Source: a virus. From it: a stretch of 64,000 nucleotides of DNA. Below are positions 1-7,174 of this stretch, piece after piece. The position numbers and the translations under genes are program-made. Numbering within the stretch: the first letter of the stretch is position 1; the number at the start of each line of letters is the position of its first letter. The notes beneath the pieces are model-generated. The model saw nothing but the letters and a program-made list of their open reading frames with translations. It did no database searches and was not told where the DNA came from. The stretch lies in IMG/VR virus record IMGVR_UViG_3300044712_002165, positions 1 through 64,000 of that record; one strand, 5' to 3'.

Positions 1-63
1 GTTAGCCAGAGCGCCTGATTCCGAATCAGCAGGTCGCAGGTGCAACTCCTGCCGGGAGCACCA
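1..63 (+). tRNA. tRNA-Arg(CCG), 5' end cut off by window edge
   Basis: Anticodon arm cctga-TTCCGAA-tcagc, T arm gcagg-TGCAACT-cctgc, 3' CCA. Confidence 0.85.
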
Positions 64-83
64 GTTTCGTTCTTGCACGTGCC

Positions 84-323
84 ATGCTTCACGCACGAAA
101 AGACTACCAGCGTATCCAGGACCCCGAAGGCAAGATTCCGGCAGACGAACCAGTGTTCCTTCTTCGGGCGCAAGATGCCACCGCGGTGGCGGTGCTCGAA
201 TACTGGATCAGCCTCAACAGCGACGACACGGCGATTCACCTGGCCAGGGAACATGCCGAGCGCATGAGGGCGTGGCCGGTGAAGAAGCGTGCCGATGTGC
301 CGCCTGAAGTTTTGTCCTCGTAG
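84..323 (+). CDS. Hypothetical phage protein (EPVFLLRAQD motif)
   Basis: 79 aa ORF between tRNAs; its TAG stop is U8-A9-G10 of the next tRNA. Confidence 0.75.
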   Translation: MLHARKDYQRIQDPEGKIPADEPVFLLRAQDATAVAVLEYWISLNSDDTAIHLAREHAERMRAWPVKKRADVPPEVLSS

Positions 324-389
324 CTCAGCGCCAAGAGCAGCCGCGTCCTAAGCGGATGGTCGCAGGTTGAAATCCTGCCGGGGACACCA
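314..389 (+). tRNA. tRNA-Arg(CCU)
   Basis: Acceptor gtcctcg/cggggac, anticodon CCT, CCA end. Confidence 0.9.
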
Positions 390-407
390 GTTTCGGTAAG
401 TAGAATC

Positions 408-620
408 GTGACGCCACGACCCGGTCTCAAGGTGTGCTATCGCTTCCTGGCTCCGAGCTACATGTACGAGGAGCATGAGCTGACGGTCCACTCGGTGGAC
501 GCCACCTCGAAGACCCTGGAGACGACGCACGGCACCATGACCTGGGAATACTGGGACTGGATGGTCGAACACCAAATGGTCGTGCCGCTCTCCGCCGCAC
601 AACAGCTTCTGGAAGCGTAG
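408..620 (+). CDS. Hypothetical protein with C-terminal LLE tag
   Basis: TAAGTA-N5-GTG start; ends SAAQQLLEA; stop lies inside tRNA-Val. Confidence 0.65.
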   Translation: MTPRPGLKVCYRFLAPSYMYEEHELTVHSVDATSKTLETTHGTMTWEYWDWMVEHQMVVPLSAAQQLLEA

Positions 621-685
621 CTCAGCAGTAGAGCACCTGGCCTACACCCAGGCTGTCGCGGGTGCAATCCCTGCCGCTTCCACCA
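611..685 (+). tRNA. tRNA-Val(UAC)
   Basis: Acceptor ggaagcg/cgcttcc, anticodon TAC, CCA. Confidence 0.9.
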
Positions 686-714
686 TTTTGCCAGCCTTTT
701 TCGTTCTTGGAACC

Positions 715-1179
715 GTGATTACGAAACGAAAGCAGTGCTATAAATGCAGAAAGTACAAGAGTCTGTCCTCTTTCGGAAAGCGTAAACGGTCAACTGACGG
801 CCTGTGCCCATGGTGCTTCGATTGCATGCGCGTAGCCCACAAGACAACGTATAAAACGAGCCTGTCCAGACGGATTCAGATACGCGCTTCAAATCAGGTG
901 AGGGCCGTTAAATACCGAGAGTGGATTCTAGCTTACTTGGCTGATCATCCGTGCGTGGACTGCGGCGAACATGATCCAGACGTTCTCGAATTCGATCATG
1001 TTCGCGGTATCAAGAGAGGTAGTATAAGCGCGATGCTTGCTCGCAGCTATTCGCTGAAAACAGTGTCGAAGGAACTCTTAAAGTGCGAGGTTAGATGCGC
1101 TAACTGCCATCGGCGAAGAACACGAAAAACAATTTGGAGAGCCCGCGTGGCTTCAGTGGCAACAGCGCCGGTTTCGTAA
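715..1179 (+). CDS. HNH endonuclease
   Basis: CVDCG..LEFDH..CANCH motifs and N-terminal CxxC pairs; GTG start chosen from GTTCT-N7 motif. Confidence 0.85.
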   Translation: MITKRKQCYKCRKYKSLSSFGKRKRSTDGLCPWCFDCMRVAHKTTYKTSLSRRIQIRASNQVRAVKYREWILAYLADHPCVDCGEHDPDVLEFDHVRGIKRGSISAMLARSYSLKTVSKELLKCEVRCANCHRRRTRKTIWRARVASVATAPVS

Positions 1180-1217
1180 ACCGGATACCGTGGGTTCGAG
1201 TCCCACCGTGGGCTCCA
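1141..1217 (+). tRNA. tRNA-Thr(CGU)
   Basis: Acceptor gcccgcg/cgtgggc, anticodon CGT, TTCGA T loop, CCA. Confidence 0.9.
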
Positions 1218-1227
1218 GTTTTTGAAT

Positions 1228-1304
1228 GGTGCGCGGAGTGTGATGGTTTAGCACCCAAGCCTGTGAAGCTTGAAGAGCGGGATCGAAACCCGTCGCGCAC
1301 CCCA
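1228..1304 (+). tRNA. tRNA-His(GUG)
   Basis: G-1:C73 pair, anticodon GTG, CCA. Confidence 0.9.
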
Positions 1305-1308
1305 ATTT

Positions 1309-1383
1309 GTCCTGCGACGGAGCCAGTGAACCGACCGGTCTGCAAAACCGAGGCGTGGAGTGCGACTCTCCAGCAGGACTCCA
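1309..1383 (+). tRNA. tRNA-Cys(GCA)
   Basis: Acceptor gtcctgc/gcaggac, U73, anticodon GCA, CCA. Confidence 0.88.
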
Positions 1384-1387
1384 TTTC

Positions 1388-1463
1388 GCGCACGTAGCTC
1401 AGTCAGCAGAGCGCTGGTCTTCCAAACCAGCCGTCGCGGGTGCAAATCCCGCCGTGCGCTCCA
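1388..1463 (+). tRNA. tRNA-Gly(UCC)
   Basis: Acceptor gcgcacg/cgtgcgc, U73, anticodon TCC, CCA. Confidence 0.92.
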
Positions 1464-1467
1464 CGCT

Positions 1468-1716
1468 ATGAAACTGAACCTCAGGGCCAGCGACAAGACT
1501 GCGCAGCTGCGTGCCTACGCGTACCTCGATGCGCGGGACAAGGCGCTTGAGCCCTACCTCGCCAAGTATCCTGGCAGGTTGCCGCGAAAGATCGCCAGGG
1601 CGGTTCATCAACAGGCTTTGAAAGCCTCCGAAGCAGAGAAAGCGCTGCGCGGCCTTGGTAAGGCTGGGAGCAGGGTGCATGTCCCTGCGGAGGCTCCATA
1701 CTTAGAGCGTGAATAG
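1468..1716 (+). CDS. Hypothetical basic protein
   Basis: ATG just after tRNA-Gly; MKLNLRASDK... Confidence 0.6.
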   Translation: MKLNLRASDKTAQLRAYAYLDARDKALEPYLAKYPGRLPRKIARAVHQQALKASEAEKALRGLGKAGSRVHVPAEAPYLERE

Positions 1717-1960
1717 GGATGCGCTGAGCGTTGCGGCAAGGCTTCTTGAAAACGAGATCGTCACTGTCTGTGCCGCATGTGAAAAGGAACACGGTCCAGT
1801 GCCTGTTTCACCTGGCGTGCTCAAGTCGCATTCGATGTGCAAGCGCCACGCACAAGCGCAATGGTCTGACGTGCTGACCCCAGAAGAGTTCGACTCTCTG
1901 GAATTTGCGCCTGATCTTTCTGAAGTGCCAGCCGGTCCGGCGACCACGCGGGCGTCATAA
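1709..1960 (+). CDS. Small Zn-binding protein with N-terminal LLE tag
   Basis: TACTTA-N4-GTG; ALSVAARLLENE, CxxC...SHxxCxxH. Confidence 0.7.
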   Translation: MNRDALSVAARLLENEIVTVCAACEKEHGPVPVSPGVLKSHSMCKRHAQAQWSDVLTPEEFDSLEFAPDLSEVPAGPATTRAS

Positions 1961-1997
1961 GCCTGCAAGTCCAGATCGACACTGGGGGCTGGTACCA
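1927..1997 (+). tRNA. Atypical tRNA with CAU anticodon (degenerate D arm)
   Basis: Acceptor gccagcc/ggctggt, anticodon arm cgggc-GTCATAA-gcctg, T arm, ACCA; 71 nt. Confidence 0.65.
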
Positions 1998-2006
1998 CTT
2001 TTCTAT

Positions 2007-2081
2007 GGCTCCGTAGCTCAATGGCAGAGCAAGCGGCTCTTACCCGCGAGGTTGCAGGTGCAAGTCCTGTCGGAGCCACCA
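2007..2081 (+). tRNA. tRNA-Lys(CUU)
   Basis: Acceptor ggctccg/cggagcc, anticodon CTT, CCA. Confidence 0.9.
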
Positions 2082-2098
2082 ATCTCGTTCTACCTGGC

Positions 2099-2181
2099 GT
2101 GCAGGCAGCTGCCGGTTTTTGCTGCTTCCCGGCCAGCGCAGGGACTCCGAAGCACAGCAGCGTCAGGAGTCCCGCCTGCAC
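2099..2181 (+). ncRNA. Putative structured ncRNA (two hairpins with complementary loops)
   Basis: Closing stem gtgcaggc/gcctgcac; inner stem gggactcc/ggagtccc; loops tgctgcttc and gaagcacagca are complementary; starts 7 nt after GTTCT. Confidence 0.6.
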
Positions 2182-2185
2182 ACTT

Positions 2186-2260
2186 GCCGGCGTAGCTCAG
2201 CGGCAGAGCAACTGTTTTGTAAACAGTGGGTCGCAGGTTCAATCCCTGTCGCCGGCTCCA
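2186..2260 (+). tRNA. tRNA-Thr(UGU)
   Basis: Canonical cloverleaf, anticodon TGT, CCA. Confidence 0.95.
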
Positions 2261-2273
2261 ACCACAAACGAAC

Positions 2274-2654
2274 ATGCGCTTACTGCCTTTGCTCCTGGTG
2301 CTCGGATTGACCGGCTGCTCGATCTACGTTGAGCAGTTTTCGTTTACGAACCGTCCAGGCGATACCAACGTCGTGTTTCGAGGGACGGTGCGAAGCGCGG
2401 CGTACATCACCAACTTCCTGAGCACTCCGGCACCGACCAACGAGCCGCCGAAGCTCTACACGGTGAAGGTGAAGCACCTGACATTCTTTCAGTGGGGGCG
2501 CGCTGCCAAGCTGGAGACGGCCACGGTCACCAAGGACTTTCTTCGGACGGTCAACGGGGAGGGCCTGGCAACGGGCGTCGATGCGGAAGCCATCAAGGCG
2601 GTGTCCGAGGGCGTGACAGAAGGGGCACTGAAATTCTTCGTGCCGAAACCGTAG
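2274..2654 (+). CDS. Lipoprotein
   Basis: MRLLPLLLVLGLTGC signal peptide with lipobox LTGC. Confidence 0.8.
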   Translation: MRLLPLLLVLGLTGCSIYVEQFSFTNRPGDTNVVFRGTVRSAAYITNFLSTPAPTNEPPKLYTVKVKHLTFFQWGRAAKLETATVTKDFLRTVNGEGLATGVDAEAIKAVSEGVTEGALKFFVPKP

Positions 2655-2661
2655 ACAATTT

Positions 2662-2738
2662 GCGCGGGTAGCTCAGTCCAGTAGAGCAACGCCATGACAT
2701 GGCGAAGGCCGCAGGAGCGAAGCCTGCCCCGCGCACCA
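2662..2738 (+). tRNA. tRNA-Val(GAC)
   Basis: Acceptor gcgcggg/cccgcgc, anticodon GAC, CCA. Confidence 0.9.
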
Positions 2739-2741
2739 TCC

Positions 2742-2963
2742 TCAGCTGTTCGGGCTCGTCCGAAGACGCTTGTAGACCTCCCAGATCGGAGGCGCACCCG
2801 TGTCCTTGGCATCGAACTTGGTCTGGGCAGCCTGCCACGCAGCCATCGCAGGTCCGCGCACCTCGGCTTCGGAAGCGCCCGTGAAGAAGGCGATCACGCC
2901 TCCACGCGGACCGTAGACCAGGGCGACGTACTCGTCGGAATCGAACGTGAATTCGGTCGGCAT
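2742..2963 (-). CDS. Hypothetical protein
   Basis: MPTEFTFDSDEY... fills the gap between two tRNAs. Confidence 0.6.
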   Translation of the reverse strand: MPTEFTFDSDEYVALVYGPRGGVIAFFTGASEAEVRGPAMAAWQAAQTKFDAKDTGAPPIWEVYKRLRTSPNS

Positions 2964-2969
2964 AGTTTT

Positions 2970-3046
2970 GCTCCTGTAGCTCAATCGTCCAGAGCGGGCG
3001 GCTTCGGACCGTCAGGTTGCGGGTTAAAATCCTGCCAGGAGCGCCA
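2970..3046 (+). tRNA. tRNA-Arg(UCG)
   Basis: Acceptor gctcctg/caggagc, anticodon TCG, CCA. Confidence 0.88.
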
Positions 3047-3047
3047 A

Positions 3048-4016
3048 TCACGCACCGAACAGACTCGCAGCTCCGGGCGACGGTGTTGCGGCAGGTCCAG
3101 GCGACGCGGACGGTGCGGTGTCCGCGGTCTCTTCCTTTTCAACGTTCGGGTCCGGAACGCTGACGGCAGGTGCAGTGCCGCCCATGGCATTCTCGTTGGT
3201 CGGCGGCTTCCACTTCATGCGGTCCTTGCCGAGCTTCGGTGCCTGAGGTGCCTGAGGTGCCTTGGCTTCTGGCTCCGGCTCGCTGGGCTTCCAGTTCATG
3301 CGGCCGGCGTGCTTACCTGGTGCCGGCTTCGCTGATGGCTTCGCTGTCGGCGACGCGCCGAGCGACGGGCGACTGCCGGTGAACTTCTTGCCCTTGAAGC
3401 TGAACTTGCCGAGCGATCCCTGCCGCCAGGGGTCCTTCGCTCCGCCCGCTCGCTTCTCGAATTCTTCGCGTCCGTCACCGCCGTAGGCGAAGTCTTCGTC
3501 GAGCATCGCACTGACGACCTGCTCGGCGCTTTCGTGTGCAACGGACTGGCGCATGGCGGAAGCCTTGCGGCGCTTGTTCAGGTAGTCCTGGCGCTTCTTG
3601 GGGTCGGGATTCTGGGACATAGGTTCGCGAGTGTAGGGGTAGCGGTCGCCGATAGGTTCGAGATTGATGAGGTGGCCGGGTGGCTGTGCCTTACGCCGTT
3701 CGTTGACGGCTTCACCCATGCGCCTGGCCATGCCGGCGAGAGTCTGAGCTTTGACGTTTTGCACCTGAATGTTCGGGATTTTCCAGCCGCGACGCGCCAT
3801 GTGCGCCGAAAGGCCGTCCTGATAGCCGCCGGCATCGTTCAGCTTCAACTCGAAACCGTTCTCGGCTCCGTGGTACGGACCTACAACGGCAGGAAGGCGT
3901 TCACCTTCCGGACTGACGACCATAACACGCTTGCCGACGAGTTGCCGGTGCTGAAGCGGTGCGGCCGGGCGCTGCCCCTGCTGCGGCTGCGTCTCGTTTA
4001 CCTGTTTGCGCGTCAC
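3048..4016 (-). CDS. Hypothetical late protein, possible head-internal protein
   Basis: TAGATA-N4-GTG; internal HESAEQVVSAMLDE tag; K/P/A-rich tail. Confidence 0.75.
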   Translation of the reverse strand: MTRKQVNETQPQQGQRPAAPLQHRQLVGKRVMVVSPEGERLPAVVGPYHGAENGFELKLNDAGGYQDGLSAHMARRGWKIPNIQVQNVKAQTLAGMARRMGEAVNERRKAQPPGHLINLEPIGDRYPYTREPMSQNPDPKKRQDYLNKRRKASAMRQSVAHESAEQVVSAMLDEDFAYGGDGREEFEKRAGGAKDPWRQGSLGKFSFKGKKFTGSRPSLGASPTAKPSAKPAPGKHAGRMNWKPSEPEPEAKAPQAPQAPKLGKDRMKWKPPTNENAMGGTAPAVSVPDPNVEKEETADTAPSASPGPAATPSPGAASLFGA

Positions 4017-4034
4017 ACCCTATCTACCGTTTTC

Positions 4035-4118
4035 GCCAGCGTGGTTTGCCCGGAATAGCAGACGGGCCTGCTTCAGAGGCAGTGAGCCTTGGGAGTGCAA
4101 TTCTCCCCGCTGGCACCA
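4035..4118 (+). tRNA. tRNA-Leu(CAG), non-canonical fold
   Basis: Acceptor gccagcg/cgctggc, A73, CCA; GGTT insert before the D arm pairs with AGCC in the variable region. Confidence 0.85.
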
Positions 4119-4130
4119 GTTCTTATGAAC

Positions 4131-4415
4131 ATGAAGCGTCGTACGTTCCTCTCACGACTTGTCGGCAGTGCGATCCTTGGCCGGTTTCTGCCCAAGGTCC
4201 TGGCCAAAGCGCCGGCCGCAGTCGTGGCACAGACGACGACGGCCAACGCACAGGCGTTCAGCGCGTGGGTTTTCCCGGTGATCCGGAACATGTCGCCAAG
4301 TGACGTGCTCACGGACCTGGTCAGCGTTCAACCGATGACGGCTCCGAGCGGCAACGTCATGTACCTCGATTTCAAGACGGACTCGAAGCCGGACCCGAAC
4401 GGTTGCCTTTTGTAA
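4131..4415 (+). CDS. Twin-arginine-leader mini-protein carrying a major capsid protein segment (QPM region)
   Basis: MKRRTFL leader; 18/35 identity to residues ~97-131 of the capsid protein at 35982. Confidence 0.8.
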   Translation: MKRRTFLSRLVGSAILGRFLPKVLAKAPAAVVAQTTTANAQAFSAWVFPVIRNMSPSDVLTDLVSVQPMTAPSGNVMYLDFKTDSKPDPNGCLL

Positions 4416-4419
4416 ACAA

Positions 4420-4680
4420 ATGAAACGTCGAAAATTCATCGCAGCTCTGGTTGGTGCTCCGGCTTTCCTCAAGGCGGCAGGAAGGCTGCGCGCAGCGCCG
4501 CCGCGTGTAATCGAGATGAAGCTCGTCAGTGCGCCTGTGGTTGCACAAGCGCGCAAGCTGAAGGCGATGTGGACGTGCGAGCTTGAACAGGACCTCAACG
4601 CCATGTACAACATTGAGGTCGAAGACATCCTCAAGAAAGCGCTTGATGGACATTTTGCCAGCGTGGTTAAGCCCGAATAG
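4420..4680 (+). CDS. Twin-arginine-leader mini-protein carrying a second capsid protein segment
   Basis: MKRRKFI leader; 24/44 identity to capsid residues ~257-300. Confidence 0.8.
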   Translation: MKRRKFIAALVGAPAFLKAAGRLRAAPPRVIEMKLVSAPVVAQARKLKAMWTCELEQDLNAMYNIEVEDILKKALDGHFASVVKPE

Positions 4681-4740
4681 CAGAGGGTTCAGTTCGAGAG
4701 ACTGAGAGCCTTAGGGGTGCAAGTCCCTTCGCTGGCACCA
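4657..4740 (+). tRNA. tRNA-Leu(GAG), non-canonical fold
   Basis: Same architecture as Leu(CAG); loop TC-GAG-AG; CCA. Confidence 0.82.
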
Positions 4741-4752
4741 ATTCTTAAAGAC

Positions 4753-5232
4753 GTGAGAGTGCTTGGTCCTTACCTCTGGCGCACAGGTGTAAACGCTGGT
4801 CGGCGCTACGTTCAGATTGTATACGCCGATGGGCGAAAAACAACGATGACGTGGGCGCGCTTTCAGCTTCGGAATCGCGTTAAAAAGGATGACTGCGTTC
4901 ATCACGTTGACGGCGATAAATCGAACGATAGCGCCTCAAATTACGCGATTGAATCGCGAAAGGAGCACGGGCGTATACACGCTAAGATTGAGTGCGGCGT
5001 TGAGATCGCTTGCGTTTGGTGTGGAAAAGTGTGCGTTAAAAGAGCACAAAAGTTAGACCATAACTCAAAGCAAGGAAAAGCAGGTCCGTTTTGCGGTAAA
5101 CGTTGCGTTGGCCTGTATAGTGAGTACGTCAGGCGCGGAGGAAACAGGTTGGCTGTTCAGCCTAGACGCCCTGTCGAAAGCAGAATCTACGGGCGAGTGG
5201 TTCACGGGGAACAGCAGACCCGACCGGCCTAG
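4753..5232 (+). CDS. HNH homing endonuclease
   Basis: VHHVDGDKSND..N motif, C-terminal CxxC...FCGxxC; stop is the TAG anticodon of the next tRNA. Confidence 0.85.
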   Translation: MRVLGPYLWRTGVNAGRRYVQIVYADGRKTTMTWARFQLRNRVKKDDCVHHVDGDKSNDSASNYAIESRKEHGRIHAKIECGVEIACVWCGKVCVKRAQKLDHNSKQGKAGPFCGKRCVGLYSEYVRRGGNRLAVQPRRPVESRIYGRVVHGEQQTRPA

Positions 5233-5274
5233 ACCCGGATAGCCTTGGAGGTGCAATTCCTCTCTCGCCCACCA
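5191..5274 (+). tRNA. tRNA-Leu(UAG), non-canonical fold
   Basis: Acceptor gggcgag/ctcgccc, GGTT/AGCC extra helix, CCA. Confidence 0.82.
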
Positions 5275-5292
5275 TTTTCGGGTATCTAATCC

Positions 5293-5940
5293 GTGCGTGT
5301 CATCACCTGCGTCAGCGTTGCGCTCACAACGCACTGCAACCTGGCCTGTCCAGACTGTTGCTGCGATATTCCGCGGCGCGGCGGAGGCACTCCGGTCGCC
5401 TGGGAGTATCTGGAGCTGGCAGCACAGCACTTGCGCGGCACGCCGAGGATCAATCTGACCGGTGGCGAGCCGACAACGCATCCACACTTCGATGAGTGGA
5501 GCCCGCGTTTTCGCGATCTGTTTCAGTGCTCGAAGCTGACCGTGGAGACGAATGGAATTTTGTCTACGAAACACGTGGACGCTCTGAGGTGCTACGATAC
5601 TGTATACGTTACGCACTACACGCCCGACACGTTCAAGGACGCGCCTTCGTACTACAGGGTGGACAACTCCAGGCAAATTGAAATTCTGCGCGAGGCGCTC
5701 GGCGACCGGCTCTACGTCAAGCCGTACATGTACCACCAGCCCAGACGCGAGCAGCGTGGTACCAAGCCTTGCGCCGCGGCCTTTTCGGAGACGGTGGCCT
5801 TCTGGAACGGCAAGCTGTTTCCGTGCTGCCTGGCTGACGGTGTTCCGAATGCGGTCGGCATTCCCTTGACGGACGATTGGCGAACGCGCATACACGAAGT
5901 GCAGCCTCCATGCGCGACCTGTTTTTTCGCAGTTCCATAG
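5293..5940 (+). CDS. Radical SAM protein with C-terminal Cys-rich (SPASM-like) region
   Basis: CNLACPDC, TGGEP, ETNG, PCC...CATC. Confidence 0.9.
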   Translation: MRVITCVSVALTTHCNLACPDCCCDIPRRGGGTPVAWEYLELAAQHLRGTPRINLTGGEPTTHPHFDEWSPRFRDLFQCSKLTVETNGILSTKHVDALRCYDTVYVTHYTPDTFKDAPSYYRVDNSRQIEILREALGDRLYVKPYMYHQPRREQRGTKPCAAAFSETVAFWNGKLFPCCLADGVPNAVGIPLTDDWRTRIHEVQPPCATCFFAVP

Positions 5941-6023
5941 CCCGTGTGGGTTGACAGCGAATACAAGAGCACTGGCACTTAAAAGCCGGACCTTTGCAGG
6001 TGGAAGTCCTGCCACGGGCACCA
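5940..6023 (+). tRNA. tRNA-Leu(UAA), non-canonical fold
   Basis: Acceptor gcccgtg/cacgggc, GGGT/ACCT extra helix, anticodon loop has 8 nt or a bulged A, CCA. Confidence 0.75.
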
Positions 6024-6027
6024 ATTT

Positions 6028-6111
6028 CGCGGCGTGGTTTACCCGGAATAGCAGACGGGGCGGTTTCAAAAACCGACAGCCTTGGAGGTGCAATTCCTCT
6101 CGCCGCGACCA
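6028..6111 (+). tRNA. tRNA-Leu(CAA), non-canonical fold
   Basis: Acceptor cgcggcg/cgccgcg, GGTT/AGCC extra helix, CCA. Confidence 0.85.
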
Positions 6112-6114
6112 TTT

Positions 6115-6241
6115 CGGCCGGAGCACATCGGACGAGGCTTAGGCTCGTGTGCGGGTGGAGATACCGAGGCGGTCCCCAGAGACCGATAGTGATCCCGAAG
6201 CGAATCGAGGTGGGAAGCGTGCGGATGACCAGCTCCGGTCG
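6115..6241 (+). ncRNA. Putative multi-stem ncRNA
   Basis: Closing stem cggccgggagc/gctccggtcg with internal hairpins gcaca/tgtgc, cggtc/gaccg, tccc/ggga. Confidence 0.5.
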
Positions 6242-6254
6242 TCTAGTTACAGGC

Positions 6255-6821
6255 ATGGACGCTGTTCGCATCGTAAACGTTTTGCTGGAGATGCCGCAGA
6301 TCACGCGTAAAGGAAAGACTGTATACGCGGATGATCAGCCGTTGCGCGACGTTCCAGACGTTGCGGTCAAGGGCAACATCGTCATCATCCGTCAGCCAAC
6401 AGCGAACGCCCTGGTTCCCGAGGGTTTCACGCTCGTCTACTTCATGGACAGCGACGAGTCGGCTGCGGCCATGAAAGCCGGCAAGCTGCCGTACAAGTTC
6501 GTGCACAACCGTCCGCGCTTCTCGTTCGACGCGTCGCCGATCACCGATGTCTGGAAGGGCCAGTTTGACAAAGGCCAGAAGGCCATCCTGGGCGTGCTCC
6601 AGGGCACGAGCGACGAGAACGAGATTTACGTAGACAAAATGACCGTTCGGCCGGCGTACAAGCGCAACACGATCATGCGCCGCTTGGTGGGAGCGCTCCA
6701 GGCGTCGTTCCCAAACGCAAAGGTCAACTTCTCCGGCCCGACCAAGGAAGGCGCGGCGTTCATCCGCGGCACCACCGGCAGCGATTGGGTGCCGGCGCAC
6801 GGCGAAACGCCGGAGTTCTGA
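6255..6821 (+). CDS. GNAT-like acetyltransferase with N-terminal LLE tag
   Basis: TAGTTA-N5-ATG; MDAVRIVNVLLE; IYVDKMTVRPAYKRNTI and TKEGAAF resemble GNAT motifs A and B. Confidence 0.65.
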   Translation: MDAVRIVNVLLEMPQITRKGKTVYADDQPLRDVPDVAVKGNIVIIRQPTANALVPEGFTLVYFMDSDESAAAMKAGKLPYKFVHNRPRFSFDASPITDVWKGQFDKGQKAILGVLQGTSDENEIYVDKMTVRPAYKRNTIMRRLVGALQASFPNAKVNFSGPTKEGAAFIRGTTGSDWVPAHGETPEF

Positions 6822-6885
6822 ATGTTTACAGAAGGCTGTTGACAATCGGCCTTCGAGTCGGCACAGTGCGCACGTTCTTTTTGGA

Positions 6886-6960
6886 CGCAGGGTGGAGCAG
6901 CGGTAGCTCGTCAGGCTCATAACCTGGAGGTCGGCGGTTCGATCCCGTCCCCTGCACCCA
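6886..6960 (+). tRNA. Initiator tRNA-fMet(CAU)
   Basis: C1:A72 mismatch, GAGC/GCTC D stem, anticodon CAT, CCA. Confidence 0.88.
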
Positions 6961-6963
6961 TTT

Positions 6964-7152
6964 CCGGCGAAAGCCGGGTGGAGGTTCGGCTGAAACCGAA
7001 CTTCCAGGCGGGCGGCTTCGTTGCAGCCCGCCACCTTTTCTCCGCGCCAGCGCGGGGTAGCGCCGAAAGGCACTGGAAGCGCAAGCAGCTGGATGGTGGA
7101 CGGCGTAGTCGCAAGACTGGCCCCTTCGCCCCTTGGGGAAACCTGAGGGGCG
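6964..7152 (+). ncRNA. Putative structured RNA rich in GNRA-capped hairpins
   Basis: ccggc-GAAA-gccgg, gcc-GAAA-ggc, agtc-GCAA-gact, cgccccttggg-GAAA-cctgaggggcg; no credible ORF. Confidence 0.5.
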
Positions 7153-7174
7153 CTGTTTTCTGATCTTTGATATT

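Noticed and set aside
4089-4680. Decayed second capsid gene (pseudogene)
   Set aside because: Each fragment has its own intact RRxF leader and open frame, and the intervening capsid sequence is cleanly absent.
5191-6023. Stop-codon suppressor tRNAs or recoded genome
   Set aside because: TAG and TAA here are anticodons reading Leu codons CUA and UUA; conserved genes end normally at TAG, TAA and TGA.
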